Below are positions 40,960 through 54,042 of a stretch of DNA of 64,000 nucleotides, piece after piece; the first letter of the stretch is position 1; each line of letters begins with the position of its first letter. The translations under genes and the position numbers were made by a program. Source of the DNA: the human T2T-CHM13v2.0 reference genome, Homo sapiens. Location: assembly GCF_009914755.1 (NCBI RefSeq), contig NC_060932.1, one strand, 5' to 3'. The notes beneath the pieces are model-generated. The model saw only the letters and a program-made list of their open reading frames with translations. It was not told the DNA's origin and made no database searches.

Positions 40960-41310
40960 TGATATGTATTAAGTTCTTAATATATGACCAAATCTGTGCC
41001 AAGTGCTTTATACAGTCTCTGCTTTATACCTTACATTGATAATATAAGGTTTTATTATGAATATTGATATTATTAATATTTATAATAAAATTCGTATTTA
41101 TTTTACGAATGTGGAAACAGAGACTTAGAGAGTTTTTAAGATTATTAATATTAATAATAAAATAATATTATTGTCTTTATTTTATGAATGAGGAATCGGA
41201 GGCTTAGAAAATTTTGGAAATTACGCTGAGGCCACACAGCAAGTTTTGAGACCAAAATTTAAATCCAGAGGTCTTATCTATCTTGAGAATCTAAACTCAT
41301 AACTCCGAGG
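40960..41310 (-). mobile_element. MIR with an internally duplicated core
   Basis: Core appears twice about 80 bp apart: TTTATTTTACGAATGTGGAAACAGAGACTTAGA and TTTATTTTATGAATGAGGAATCGGAGGCTTAGA. Confidence 0.65.
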
Positions 41311-41689
41311 ATTTCATAATGTATCTTTCAGTTTATCTTTATTTAGGTAAGTAAAAACTCCAAATATAAAACAGTACTTAGATCCTACAGAGTCATATTA
41401 TATTATCCTAGCCTATAAGTGGCCAATAGGTGATGAAGACATGCTTAAATGTTTTAGAGAAATCAGAAGTCATTCATTGGGACAGAAAGCACATTTTGTT
41501 CAATTACAGTCATGCTATTCTATCTACATAACCTGTTTCTCTCAGGAGGATGAAGATTTAGGACACATTGGAAATTTGCTTTTTAAATGGCTTCTGAGAG
41601 CTTTCTATATCAAATACAAATATATATGTCTGTCCATTCTCTATAGCAATTCTCTAAGTGTTGTCTGGAGACAGAGAGGGTCCCTGAAA

Positions 41690-43164
41690 TTATTTCTTTA
41701 AATCCAAAGTAAAAATAATAATATTGGAATAACAAGAGAATTCCAATGGGGAATTTTTTTTTTTTTAACAAATGGTGCTGGGACAACTGGATATTCACAT
41801 GCTAAATAAGGAAAATATACCTCTACCTCATGCTATATACAAAGTTAATGCAAAATGGATTAAATACCTAAATTTATTTATTTTAGCTGAAAGCTAAAAC
41901 TCTATACTTCCTAGATAAAGCCAGGTATAAATTTTTATAACCTGTAATTAGGTAATGGTTTTTTAGATATGACACTAAAGTGACAAAAAATAAATAGGTA
42001 AGTTTGACATCATCATAGTTAAAACCTCCTGGGCTTCAAAAGACATCATAAAGAAAGTGAAAAGATAATCCACGGTATGGGAGAAAATTTTTTACAAATC
42101 TTATATCTGAAAAGGGACTTGTATCTAGAATATACAGTTGACCCTTGAACAACACAGATTTAAACTGTGCGGGTCTACTTATGTGTGGATTCTTTCAATA
42201 AATGTTACACTGAGTGTGCCTGCTTCTTCTGCCTCCCCTTCTGTCTCCTCCACTTCTTTCACCTCTGCCACTCCTGAAACAGCCAGACCAACCCATCCTT
42301 TTCCCCCTCCTCAGCCTACTCAATGTGAAGATGACAAGGATGAAGACCTTTATGATAATCCACTTTCGCCTAATGAATAGTATTTTCTTTTTCTTATTTT
42401 TAAATATTTTTGCTTCTCTAGTTTATATTAAGCTGTATATATACAATATATAATACATATAACATACAAAATGTATGTTAACTGTTTATGTAATCAGTAA
42501 GGCCTCCAGTCAATAATAGGCTATTAGTAGTTAAGTTTTTGAAGAGTTAAAAGCTACATGAGAATTTTTGACTGTGCAAGGAGTCAGCACCACAACCTCT
42601 GTTCTTCAGGGGTCAACTATATAAAGAACTAATAAAACTCAATAATTAAATTACAAATAACCCGTTTAACAAATGGGCAAAGGATCTGAATAGATAGTTC
42701 TCCAAAGATACACAAATAACCAGTAAGTACATAAAATGATGTTCATCGTTAAACATCAGGAAAATACAAGTCAAAATCACAATTAGTTGTAATTTCACAT
42801 CTACTAGGATAGCTATGATTAAAAAAAAGTAATAATAACAAGTGTTGTCAAAGTTGTGGAGAAGTCAGTACTTTCATACACTGCTCGTTGGAAAGTAAAA
42901 TGGTGTCACTGCTGTGGAAAATAGTGTGGTAATTTCTAAAGTAGTTATATGACCCAGAAATGCCTCTCTTAGGTATATGCCCAAGAGAAAAACATATGTC
43001 CACACAAAACTTATGTAAGAATGTTTATATTAACATTATTTATGGAAAGAAAATGTGGAAACAGTCCAGATGTCCTTCAAATGATGAATAGGTAAATAAA
43101 ATGTGGCATAGCCATACAATGGAATATGAGTCATCAAAAGAAATGAATGACTGATATATGCCAC
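41690..43164 (+). mobile_element. L1M (MB/MC-type) ORF2 3' region, split by Tigger3
   Basis: AACAAATGGTGCTGGGACAACTGGATAT..TCAAAAGACATCATAAAGAAAGTGAAAAG..GTATCTAGAATA[Tigger]TAAAGAACT..CCATACAATGGAATAT. Confidence 0.85.
42135..42619. mobile_element. Tigger3-family (MER7) DNA transposon deletion derivative
   Basis: TIRs CAGTTGACCCTTGAACAAC / GTTCTTCAGGGGTCAACTA flanked by TA duplication; internal CAGCCTACTCAATGTGAAGATGACAAGGATGAAGACCTTTATGAT. Confidence 0.88.
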
Positions 43165-43703
43165 GCCCGGCCAACATAGCTGTTTTTCAAGAAAATGCAT
43201 TATTCAAACTGACAAGAGAGTGGTTTATTATTGTAGAGTATGGGTGAATAAAAGCTATATCAACAATGAGCTACATACAAAATTGGTATGCATATGTTGG
43301 GCAAAGTCTGTGGTTGAATTCTACACTGGTGTCAATGAGGTTGGGCAAAAAACAACTAGTAGTAAAAGAAGAACTAGGTAGAGTGTAAATTTAAAAACAA
43401 TCAGATATTACAGTGGGTTGGGAGACATTCACAATTTGATGATCTGAAATAGAGAGACCTCCTTGAGTAATTGGGACATGCAGGAGAGACCTCAGAAAGC
43501 CACACCTTAGGAGTAGAACGGAACAAAATCTAGAATAAAAGTTACTGTAAACCTGCCCTAGCAATCCTTAGAATGATCATTTAAAAAACTGTCTTCTAGA
43601 ATAAAACATTCTTTTATAAAAGACAACAAAATTTATACAACCAACAATGCCATATTACAATTCTCATCATCCATTCAAAAATTACATGTAAAGAAGTAGG
43701 GCA

Positions 43704-44069
<366 letters not shown>

Positions 44070-44084
44070 TTAAGGGACAATATT

Positions 44085-44280
44085 TTGTTATATAAAAGGC
44101 CATAATGTAAATATTTTAGGCTTTGAAGGTTGCCTGTGGTCTTTATCATATGTTTTTCTGTTTTGTTTTGCTGTGTATTTGTATGTGTGTGTGCATTTAA
44201 CACTACTTTAAAATATGTAAACCATTCTTAACTCATGGATTGTACCAAAAAAGTTCCATGGATGATAGTTTCTGAGCTGT
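44085..44280. mobile_element. MER58-type hAT fragment
   Basis: TAAAAGGCCATAATGTAAATATTTTAGGCTTTG..TTTAAAATATGTAAACCATTCTTAACTC..GATAGTTT. Confidence 0.6.
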
Positions 44281-44284
44281 TACA

Positions 44285-45227
44285 TACTGATAGAATGAAA
44301 AGGAATTTAAATTAGTATAAATATGTTTAAGAATTTAAAAGACAATATGAACATAATTAGAAGAAAAAAATAAAACCTATTAAAGAAGCAAATGGAACTT
44401 CTTGAGATGAAAAATAGAATATCTGAAACAAAAAAGTCACTAAATGAGTTTTAAGTGCGTGATAGATACCATAGAAGAAAATGTTTATTGACAATGAATC
44501 AGAGCACTGGAACCTAAAAAAAAAGTGATTTAAAAAATGAACAGAGATTTAGTGACTTGTTGGACATTAATAAACTCTCTAGCACACATACAATTGAAGT
44601 CCTTAATGGTGAGGAAGGTAGGGCATAACATAATATTGAATAAATAAGGTTGAAAATTTCTTAAATTTGGTCATATACATACATCTACAGGTTCAAAAAG
44701 CTCAGTGAAACCTAAACTGAATATAAATTAAATAAATGAAACCACATCTAGACGTATCATAGTCTAACTAGTAAAACCCAGTAACGAAGTGAAAGTCTTC
44801 AGAGGAAAATGATATATTACATACAAGGTAACAAATTTAATTGACTTCTCATTATATATAATGCAAACCAAAAGGCGATGGGATGATATTCTTAGAGTTG
44901 AGAAAAAAGTTAATCTAGAATCTATATCTAGCAAAAGTATCCTTCAAAAATGGAAGTTAAATGAGACCTTTTTAGAATAACAAAAACTGAGAGAATTTGT
45001 CACTGGGAACTTGCACTGAAAGATATGTTCAAGAAAGTTCTTCAGGCTTAAGGAAAAGGATATTGGATAGAAATATTTGCACAAGGGAAAGAAGAGTTTC
45101 TTTAATAGTAAATATGTGAATAAATATAAAAACTTATTTCTCATTAAAATTGTATTGAACTATATTTGATTAAAGAAAAAATAGTAACAATGTATAATGG
45201 GGTATATAATATGTGGAAGTAAAATTA
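44285..45227 (+). mobile_element. Ancient L1M ORF1 region (continues at ~46075-46170)
   Basis: CAAATGGAACTTCTTGAGATGAAAAATAGAATATCTGAAA..ACCACATCTAGACGTATCATAGTC..CAAAAACTGAGAGAATTTGTCAC. Confidence 0.7.
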
Positions 45228-45280
45228 CTATTTATTTTTTCAGTGGAATTAAGTAATCTAGGTTTTAAAGAGAATATACG

Positions 45281-46072
45281 CTTTCTTCTTCTTCTTCTTT
45301 TATTTTAGGTTCCAGGGATACATGTGCAGGTTTCTTACATGGGATACATTGCGTGTCACTGAGGATTGGTGTACAATGATCCCGTCACCCAGGTAATGAG
45401 CATGATACCTAATAGGTATCTTCCGACCTACACCCCATTTCAAGCAGTCTCCAGTGTCTATGGTTTGCATCTTTGTGTCCATGTGTATTCAGTGTTTAGC
45501 TCCCATGTATAAGTGAGAACAGGCAGTATTTGGTTTTCTATTCCTCTGTTACTTCACTTAGGATAATGGCCCCCGACCTGCATCCATGTTGCTGCAAAAG
45601 ACATAGTTTCATTTTTAATGGCTGTGTAGTGTTCCATGGTGTATATGTACCACATTTTCTTTATCCAGTCCTCCATCGATGGGCATTGAGGTTGATTCCA
45701 TGTATTTGCTATTGTGAATAGTGCTACAGTGAACATACAAGTGCATGTGCCTTGTTGATGAAAAGATTTGTTTTCCTTTGGGTGTATACCCAATAGTGAG
45801 ATTGCAGAATCAAATGGTAGTTCTGTTTTTAAGTTCTTTGAGAAATTTCCACATTGTCCTTCACAGCAGCTGAACTAATACAAATTCCCACCAGCAGTGC
45901 ATAAGTCTTCCCTTTTCACTGCAACCTTGTCAGCGTCTGTTGTTTTCTTTACTTTTTGATAATAGTCATTCTGACTGGAGTTAGATTATATTTCATTGTG
46001 GTTTTGATTTGCATTCCTCTAATGATTAATGATGATGAGCATTTTTCATATATTTGTTGGCTGCATGTATGT
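45281..46072 (-). mobile_element. 5'-truncated L1PA15/16-type 3' end
   Basis: (CTT)n tail, GGATACATGTGCAGGTTT..GATCCCGTCACCCAGGTA; ORF2 end WIKKMWYIYTMEHYTAIK. Confidence 0.9.
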
Positions 46073-47479
46073 AGATGTAAAATTATTGACAAGAATAGCA
46101 CAAAGGACAGGAAGGCAGAAATTGAAGTATAATGTTTTAATGTTTGTACATTGTACATAAATCTGTGGCATGCCAAAGAAATGATTCCAGAAAAGGGTAT
46201 CTAAATAAAAATGTCTAAAGGATATTATTATTTGGAAGTATTCTATATGAAGATTTTCTTAGGTCCTCTACTGTCAGAAGTAGGTACTGTAAAAAAATCT
46301 GGATCATATACCACTCACTATTTGCCAAAGATGAATTAAGTTTGATTCTGAAATATATATATGGGGGAAAAACCCAAGTGTATTATTATTCTTGTGATGG
46401 ATAACACTAAGCAGGTATATTGTGTTTGATTAAAACATACCTGGGGAATAATTGGTGCTAAATATGGATACTTGACAAACAATAATATAATATTTGAATC
46501 CTGAAAAGGAAGTCAAAGTTTGCTTTTTCCCACACATAACAAAAGAAAACAGAATAAAATTTTATCAAGGGGATGAATGCCAGGAAGGTGTCATCAACAA
46601 GTGAGAAGAGTATCTGTAACAAACAATATCCAGGGGCAGGAGACTTCTAGGAGAGTTTCCTTGAATTTCTGCACCAGAAAATCCCAAATATGTTATGGAA
46701 TCTTTTTTTCCGTGTGTGTAATAATGTAGGATTCTTCACATACTTTTATCCCTTTGACCCTCTGGATGGATTTGGGAAATTCTTGCAAGCAAGTCAAAGT
46801 GGGATTTCAGAGAATGCATATTCCGCAAGGACATGTCTGTGCATTTGCCTTATTCACTTGTAATAAGTGATACAATTTGCCTTAAGTGAAGTGCACAAGT
46901 GGATGTTGAAACTTTTAATTCAAGAACCATAACATTGGATGAGAATCAATGTCTGTTCAGTCTTAATTAATGCCCACACAAATAAGATATTTCTTAAAAA
47001 TTACAGGATCAAGATATTTATTTAATATATAGAAGCCTGAAGCTTAAATAGTGCTACTAAATAATCTGGCTAGTTAATCAAGATTTAAAAGTTATTATAA
47101 TATTATTCAAAAGCAAGTAGTAATATGTATATATGGCTATATTCATAGACCAGAAAATTAAACATATTTTCTGAGAGGCATTCTGTGAGAATAGTTTTAC
47201 CAGTAAAGGAGTTAATAGTTTGAAGAAATGAAATTCAGCACCAGCAAATAAATGGCAAGAGACTCCACGGTTGTCTCTTTGCCAAAGTAGCAGGCTTGTT
47301 TTTAAGCTTATATAACCATTTATATTTTAAGCAGGTTTCTGAGAAATTGAAAGACAGCTTGGAAAGCTGGTGCTTTTTTGTTCAAAACAGACAAAACTTT
47401 TAAAATTACTTTTTAACATGAAGCCAGTAGAACAGATTCCCTAGTTGAAGTATAACAAATTCATTGACTCTTAAATGTT

Positions 47480-48750
47480 GTTAAAGGACCTAGTATTTAC
47501 TGCCCTAGTCATTGAAGATTCTCAGGTAATTCAAGTCTCTGTTGCCAAGGGGAATACATGATGGTGGCTGGAGAGAGACAATAAACAAAAAAGGCTCTGT
47601 CATGTTAGTGCTCTGAAGTACTAATAGGTTAAATAATCAAAGTAAAGAGATATGGACAGAGAATGGATGGGGTGAGCTATTTAGTTAGAGTGGTCAGGGA
47701 AGGTATCTCTTTTAAGGTTATATTTGAACATAAACTTGAATGAAGCGATGCAGAGATCCAATGATATTTATCTTATAGATGCATAGATACATAGATTTAG
47801 GTATAGATAATTCTCCAGGTAGAAGATATAGCAATTGCAAAGGCCTTAGAGTGGAAGAGTACCTGGTGCATTCAAAAAACAGCAAGAAAGACAACACAGC
47901 AATGCCCCAGGGCAGGGTGTAATCGGGTGGTAGGAGATAGGTCCAGAGAAAGGAAAAGGGGCCAGAACATGTAGGCAGCTGTAAGCAATAATAAAAACTT
48001 CGGAATTTATTCTGAGTAAGATGGAATGATCTGGGAAATATTTGAGCTGAAAAGTGATAATCTGAGCTTTGTTGTGGGAAATAGACAGTAGTAAGGTAAG
48101 CAAGAAGGATAATTGCAGATAACTTCAATATCCAGGCAAAAACCAATTTCAGCTTGGACTAGGGGCTGATATTGGTGAAAATGGTTAGATTCTCAAAGTA
48201 TTTTGAAGTAAAAACCACTGTGATTTGTTAATAGATCAAATCTGGGGTGTGAAAGAAGGGGAGGTAACAAGGAAGACTTAAAGACTTTTGGCCTAAACTG
48301 TTGGAAGAATGGAATTCTATTTATTGATACAGGGCAAATAAGGGAAAAACAAGAATAAGGGGAGAAGAATCAAGAGTTTAGTTTTTCAAAGTTAATTCTG
48401 AGATGTCTTTTAGGCATTCAAGAATTGGTGTCAAAAACAGAATTGGATATGAGTAGACAGTGGATATATTTCAAGGAGAAGTAACAGTGGATTTTGAACC
48501 TGAAAGTTATTAGCATAAAGATGACATTTAAAACCATGGGAAGACTTCGTTGGTATATAGAGAAAAGAAATGATCCCATAACTGAGTTCTAAAATGTCCT
48601 GTTGTTTACAGATTGGAAATCTGAGATGGAGATAGGAAAGCATGCTGTGAATAAGTGAGCAAAGGATGAGAACCTAGAGTTAGAATCAAGAGAAAGGTGT
48701 AGTTGAAGCAGAATGGAGTGATAAGCTATGCCAAATGCTACCGATTATTA
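47480..48750 (-). mobile_element. L2 LINE, long 3' fragment
   Basis: GTGGTCAGGGAAGG..TATTTGAACATAAACTTGAATGA..TGCAAAGGCCTTAGAG..GATTTATTCTGAGT..TTTTGGCCTAAAC..GGAAGAATGG are antisense L2 phrases. Confidence 0.75.
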
Positions 48751-49152
48751 ACTATTCATTGGCAGATGGCTAATCAGATACAGTCGCTATTCATTGCCTC
48801 TTTTCTTTGCTGATTCGTCATGACAGCCTCTTGCTATATATCAGGACTTCCCTCCTGGGTGGCAATACCAATTGGTCAAAAGAGTCAGTTATCCAACATT
48901 TAAAGGTCCCAGGAGGTGAAATCTGATTTACATAACAAGTTCTACTTCTATACACAAAACAGTGTATTTTGTGATACTTCCTCCTTTTTTATAACAAACT
49001 CCTATCCTCTCAAAGAATGAGTCATTAGAGAAGAAAAAAAGGAACATTGTGGAAAATTAAAGTATCCAAAAATATGTTAAAAATTCCACTTGGGAAGACT
49101 TTGCTGCTTTATCATTAGTCCAATGCTCTTCAAAAATTAACCCAGAGGAGAG

Positions 49153-49214
49153 TTCAGTTACTCTACTCATGAACTTGAACATGACATTCAGATATTCTAC
49201 TCATGAACTTGAAC
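49153..49214 (+). repeat. Tandem duplication, period 34
   Basis: TTCAG(T/A)TA(C/T)TCTACTCATGAACTTGAAC at 49153-49180 and 49187-49214. Confidence 0.9.
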
Positions 49215-49621
49215 TTAGATTTTAGGGAAGTAAGTGTTATTGAATTAAAAGTGTGCCTTTAAATATATAGACTTTCCTTGTCTACGATGTGTATCTATTT
49301 TTTCCGCTAATAATCAAAAAATTATTGTGTATTTGAGTAAACATAATCCATGTTTGACCTAGTCTAGTCATCATTTTAACCTTTTGTGTTCATAAATATA
49401 ATAGATAAATGCTGTCTTTTAAAGTAACATCAGACTTATGTACTTCAATATAATGTATTTGAACATTATAACACGATCACTAAAACATGGCTTTCTATAA
49501 TGGCATAGAACCTGTTTTAACACACTGTAGTTAAATTTCTATATCATTGGCATAAAGCTTACAAAATAACATAAAAAGTTTTGATGACAGAAAATATCTA
49601 ATATTAAACTAAACTCAAGTG

Positions 49622-49950
49622 CTTTCAGCTCTCTGTATCTTTGGGTGCCACATCTGTAGATTCAATCAACCTCAGATAAAAATATTTAGACAAAAAATTG
49701 CATCTGTACTGAACATGTGCAACTTTTTTCTTGACATTATTCCCTAAACAATACAGTATAACTATTTACATAGCATTTACATTGTATTACTGATTATAAG
49801 TAATTTAGAGATGATTTAAAGTATGCAGAAAGATGTGTGTCAATTATATGCAAATACTATGCCACTTTAGCTCAGAGACTTGATATCTGTGGATTTTGGT
49901 ATACTTGGAGAGTCCTGGAACCAATCCCTATGGATAGTGAGGGTTGACTG
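49622..49950. mobile_element. MER2 (TcMar-Tigger) element
   Basis: CTCTGTATC..ATCTGTAGATTCAATCAACC..GTACTGAACATG..TATTTACATAGCATTTACATTGTATT..GTCCTGGAACCAATCCC..GAGGGTTGACTG+TA. Confidence 0.88.
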
Positions 49951-50178
49951 TAATTGAGATTCTCTATAAGCTTAAAATAAAACTTACAATGAAAAATCAA
50001 GAAAGAGAGCTCAGATAAAAAGAATGTCTTTGCTCACAGACAAACTACAAAGCAAGAAAGGCTGTTTCCATTGAGTCTTCTTTTCTTCAGAAAGTATACA
50101 GACGGTAACTGGTATATGAGTTGGATTTGGGGATACAATAGCATACATGAGACCCAGCCAGGGACAGCCCTTTTAAAA

Positions 50179-50239
50179 CCTCAGGCAAAGAAAAATTACA
50201 GGCTACTGTTTTCCTAAGGCAAAGAAAAATTACAGGCTA
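50179..50239 (+). repeat. Tandem duplication, period 34
   Basis: CCT(C/A)AGGCAAAGAAAAATTACAGGCTA at 50179-50205 and 50213-50239. Confidence 0.92.
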
Positions 50240-50769
50240 GTGTGACTCTGGGTCCCACTAATGGACTCTCTATGGGGTCTTAGCAATGTGTGTATGGGAA
50301 GGCGGAGCATGAACTGGTTTCCCACAGTAATTTGGTGCCACAAGCAATTCTGTCCTAATGGAGTTATAATAGACTCTTTACTTCAAACAAACACTGATGT
50401 TAGTGGACATTAATTTTCATGGTGTTTTCCTCTGAGAAAGGAGGGATTTTGTTCAGGACAATAAGACACTGTTTCAATTTGTGAGATGAAAGTTTTCAAA
50501 GAGAGAAAAAAAGAAGAGTCTATGCTTTTATGCTTTACCCAAGATTTGTCTCGACTCTTTTCTGCTTTGTCCTCTGGCCATATCTATATTACGATTTATT
50601 GCAGAGTAATTGATGGCTTTGGCAAATGGTGGTACACTGTAGTCTTTACAATGCATTGTGGTCTTTATGATGTTTGCAATGAGATAAAAAAGAATGCAAA
50701 CCACTATTTTTTAGTATATCTCCTGAAATTCCATATCCCTTCAAAAGTGTACTATGTAAAGTACAAATC

Positions 50770-51276
50770 AGTCTGTACTTTGTTGTGCCTTAAAAATCTT
50801 TAGTAGCTTTCCTTTATCAACATAGTAGGATCCAAACCCTTTCGTATGGCAGAGAAGTCCTTTCTTCATCTGGCCTTTCTATGTGAAACGTCTTGCAGTT
50901 TAACTGATCTCTGTGTTATTTCTTGCCTGTGTGTTTTTGTTAATTCTGTATGCTGTGCCTAGAATTCCTTTCCCTTTTGCTCTTCCTCCAGTTGCCTGTC
51001 TTACCTATAGAAACAGCCTTTACTGCTCTAGGAAGCCTTCCTGCCATCATCCAGGTTATGCAATGTGTGTCTCCTGTGTTCTCACGATGGCATATATCTG
51101 TTAGTGTACTTGCTACATTAAATTATCACTAATTCTATTTTTTCTCTGTCCCCCAAAATACTGTGGTCTCCTTAAAAGCAGGAAATGTTAGCCATTAATT
51201 CTTTGTCAAGAGCAATGGCTAGCTAAAAAGTGAGCAATCACAAAATAAATGTTTGTCAGGTGAATGAATGAATGAA
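50770..51276 (+). mobile_element. L2 3' region
   Basis: CTTAAAAATCTTTAGTAGC..ATGCTGTGCCTAGAATTCC..CTCTAGGAAGCCTTCC..TGAATGAATGAATGAA terminus. Confidence 0.65.
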
Positions 51277-52044
51277 CCAATGGTTAGTATTAGACCCTAC
51301 CAGTTCTAATAGGTTTAATGCTCTTTCTTTTTTTTTCATCCAGCCTCTCCCAAACACCTTAAAACAAATACATCTTGAAGGATGTACCATGCATTCCATT
51401 ATGATTTAGTTTGGAAGGAGTTTGGTGTACTATAACAACTGAAGGTATTAGCGTGCCCGGAGAGAAAGCATATTTGAAGCAGAGTTGTAATTATAAAAAA
51501 GGAAGAGTCCTAGCTCATGATTTATTGCCTGAAAATTTCCAATGTGAGTACAATTAGTGCACTCTTAGAATGGCTCCAAATGATGAAGGATTTAATTACA
51601 TGAGGAGCTCTACCTCCAGTGCTAGAGATATAGACATAAATTTGTGTTTCTATTTAATTTACTTGAAAGAATTTTGATTTTAGCCACAAATTTGAATTTA
51701 AATGAATATAACTGGAAGCTATAGTTAAAGTCCATTATTCCTGAGAATTCAATGATTTGAGATAAAAATGTTTACATTTGTTCAATTCAAAGGAATAGCC
51801 TAGTTCTCATGCTAAACAGCAAACCCACTTTTTCTTTCTCTTCAGGCAGCTGTCTCAGAGGGATTTTCATACAACCTTCCAATCCATTTCTTCACTTTTA
51901 ATGAGTAAAATATCCTAGGTGTTGTAAAATTGGGAAGAATTATATTTATATTATTTGTTTTACTTACAGAAATTTGTATACATTCATTATTTATTATAAT
52001 TTATTTTAATTCTGACAAATAAGAACTTGTAAATATTGAGATAG

Positions 52045-52712
52045 TTTCTTTATTAGTTTAAATTTTTGTTGAGAAAAAATTCATATGAATTTACCATTTT
52101 AATCACTTTAAATGTACAATTCAGTGATTTTTTTTGTATATTTGCAATGTTGTGCAATCAACACCACTATCTAATTTCAGAACATTTTCATCACCCCAGA
52201 AGGCACCTCATATTCATTGAGCAGTTATACTCCATCCTTTCTTTCAAGGCCCTGGCAACAAGCTACTATTTGTCTCAATGAATTTGAGTATTATGGCATT
52301 TTATATAAAAGGTATCATATAATTTGTGACTTTTTCACTCAGTGACTGGCTTCTTTCACTTAGTGTAATTGGCTATTACGAATAATTGTGATAAGACCAT
52401 TCATCTACACGATTTTATATGGCCATACCTTTTATTTCTCCTTGATATATACCTAGAAGAAAACTCACATAGGAACTCAATGTTTGACTTTTAAGTAACT
52501 ACCAAATGTTTTTCTACAGTGGCTTCAACATTTTACATTCCTACCAGCAATGTACGAGGCTTCCAGTTTCTTGATATCCTTGCCAACACCTGATATTTTC
52601 TGATTTTAAAAAAATTATAGCCATCCTAGTGGGTAAGAAGTGGTATCCCATTATGTTTATAATTTCTGTTTTGCTGACTAATGTTCTTGACTAGTGTTGT
52701 TGAGCATCTTTT
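52045..52712 (-). mobile_element. L1MB-type 3' end (left part, interrupted by the L1PA)
   Basis: AATTTACCATTTTAATCACTTTAAATGTACAATTCAGTG..TTCAGAACATTTTCATCACCCCAG..TTTTACATTCCTACCAGCAATGTA. Confidence 0.85.
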
Positions 52713-53390
52713 TTTATTATTATAATTTAAGTTATGGGATACATGTGTAGAATGTGCAGGTTACATAGGTATACATGTGCCATGGTGGTTTGCTGCACCC
52801 ATCAACCCATCATATAGGTTTTTAGCCCCACATGCATTAGGTATTTGTCCTAATGATCTCCCTCCCCTTGCTTCCAAAACCCGATGGGCCACAGTGTGTG
52901 ATGTTCCCCTCCCTGTGTCCATGTGTTCTCATTGTTCAACTCCCACTTATGAGTGAGAACATGTGGTGTTTGGTTTTCTTTTCCTGTGTTAGTTTGCTGA
53001 GTATGATGGTTTCCAACTTCATCCGTGTCCCTGCAAAGGACATTAACTCATTCTTTTTATGGCTGTGTAGTATTCCATGGTGTATATGTGCCACATTTTC
53101 TTTATCCAGTCTGTCTTTGATAGGCATTTGGGTTGGTTCTAAGTCTTTGCTATTGTAAATAGTGCTGCAATAGACATATGTGTGCATGTGTCTTTATAGT
53201 AGAATGATTTATAATCCTTTGGGTATGTCCCCAGTAATGGGATTGCTGAGTCAAATGGTATTTCTGGTTCTAGGTCCTTGAGGAATAACCACACTGTCTT
53301 CCACAATGGTTGAACGAATATATACTCCCACCAACAGTGTAAAATAATTCCTATTTCTCCACATCCTCTCAGGCATCTGTTGTTTCCTGA

Positions 53391-53694
<304 letters not shown>

Positions 53695-53703
53695 ATTTCC
53701 TGA

Positions 53704-54042
<339 letters not shown>

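Noticed and set aside
42138-42380. Ser/Pro-rich 80-aa ORF ending QCEDDKDEDLYDNPL
   Set aside because: It is the C-terminal remnant of the Tigger3 transposase inside a deleted element.
47718-48146. 142-aa hydrophobic ORF
   Set aside because: It lies wholly inside an L2 fossil, has a non-ATG start and no recognisable domain.
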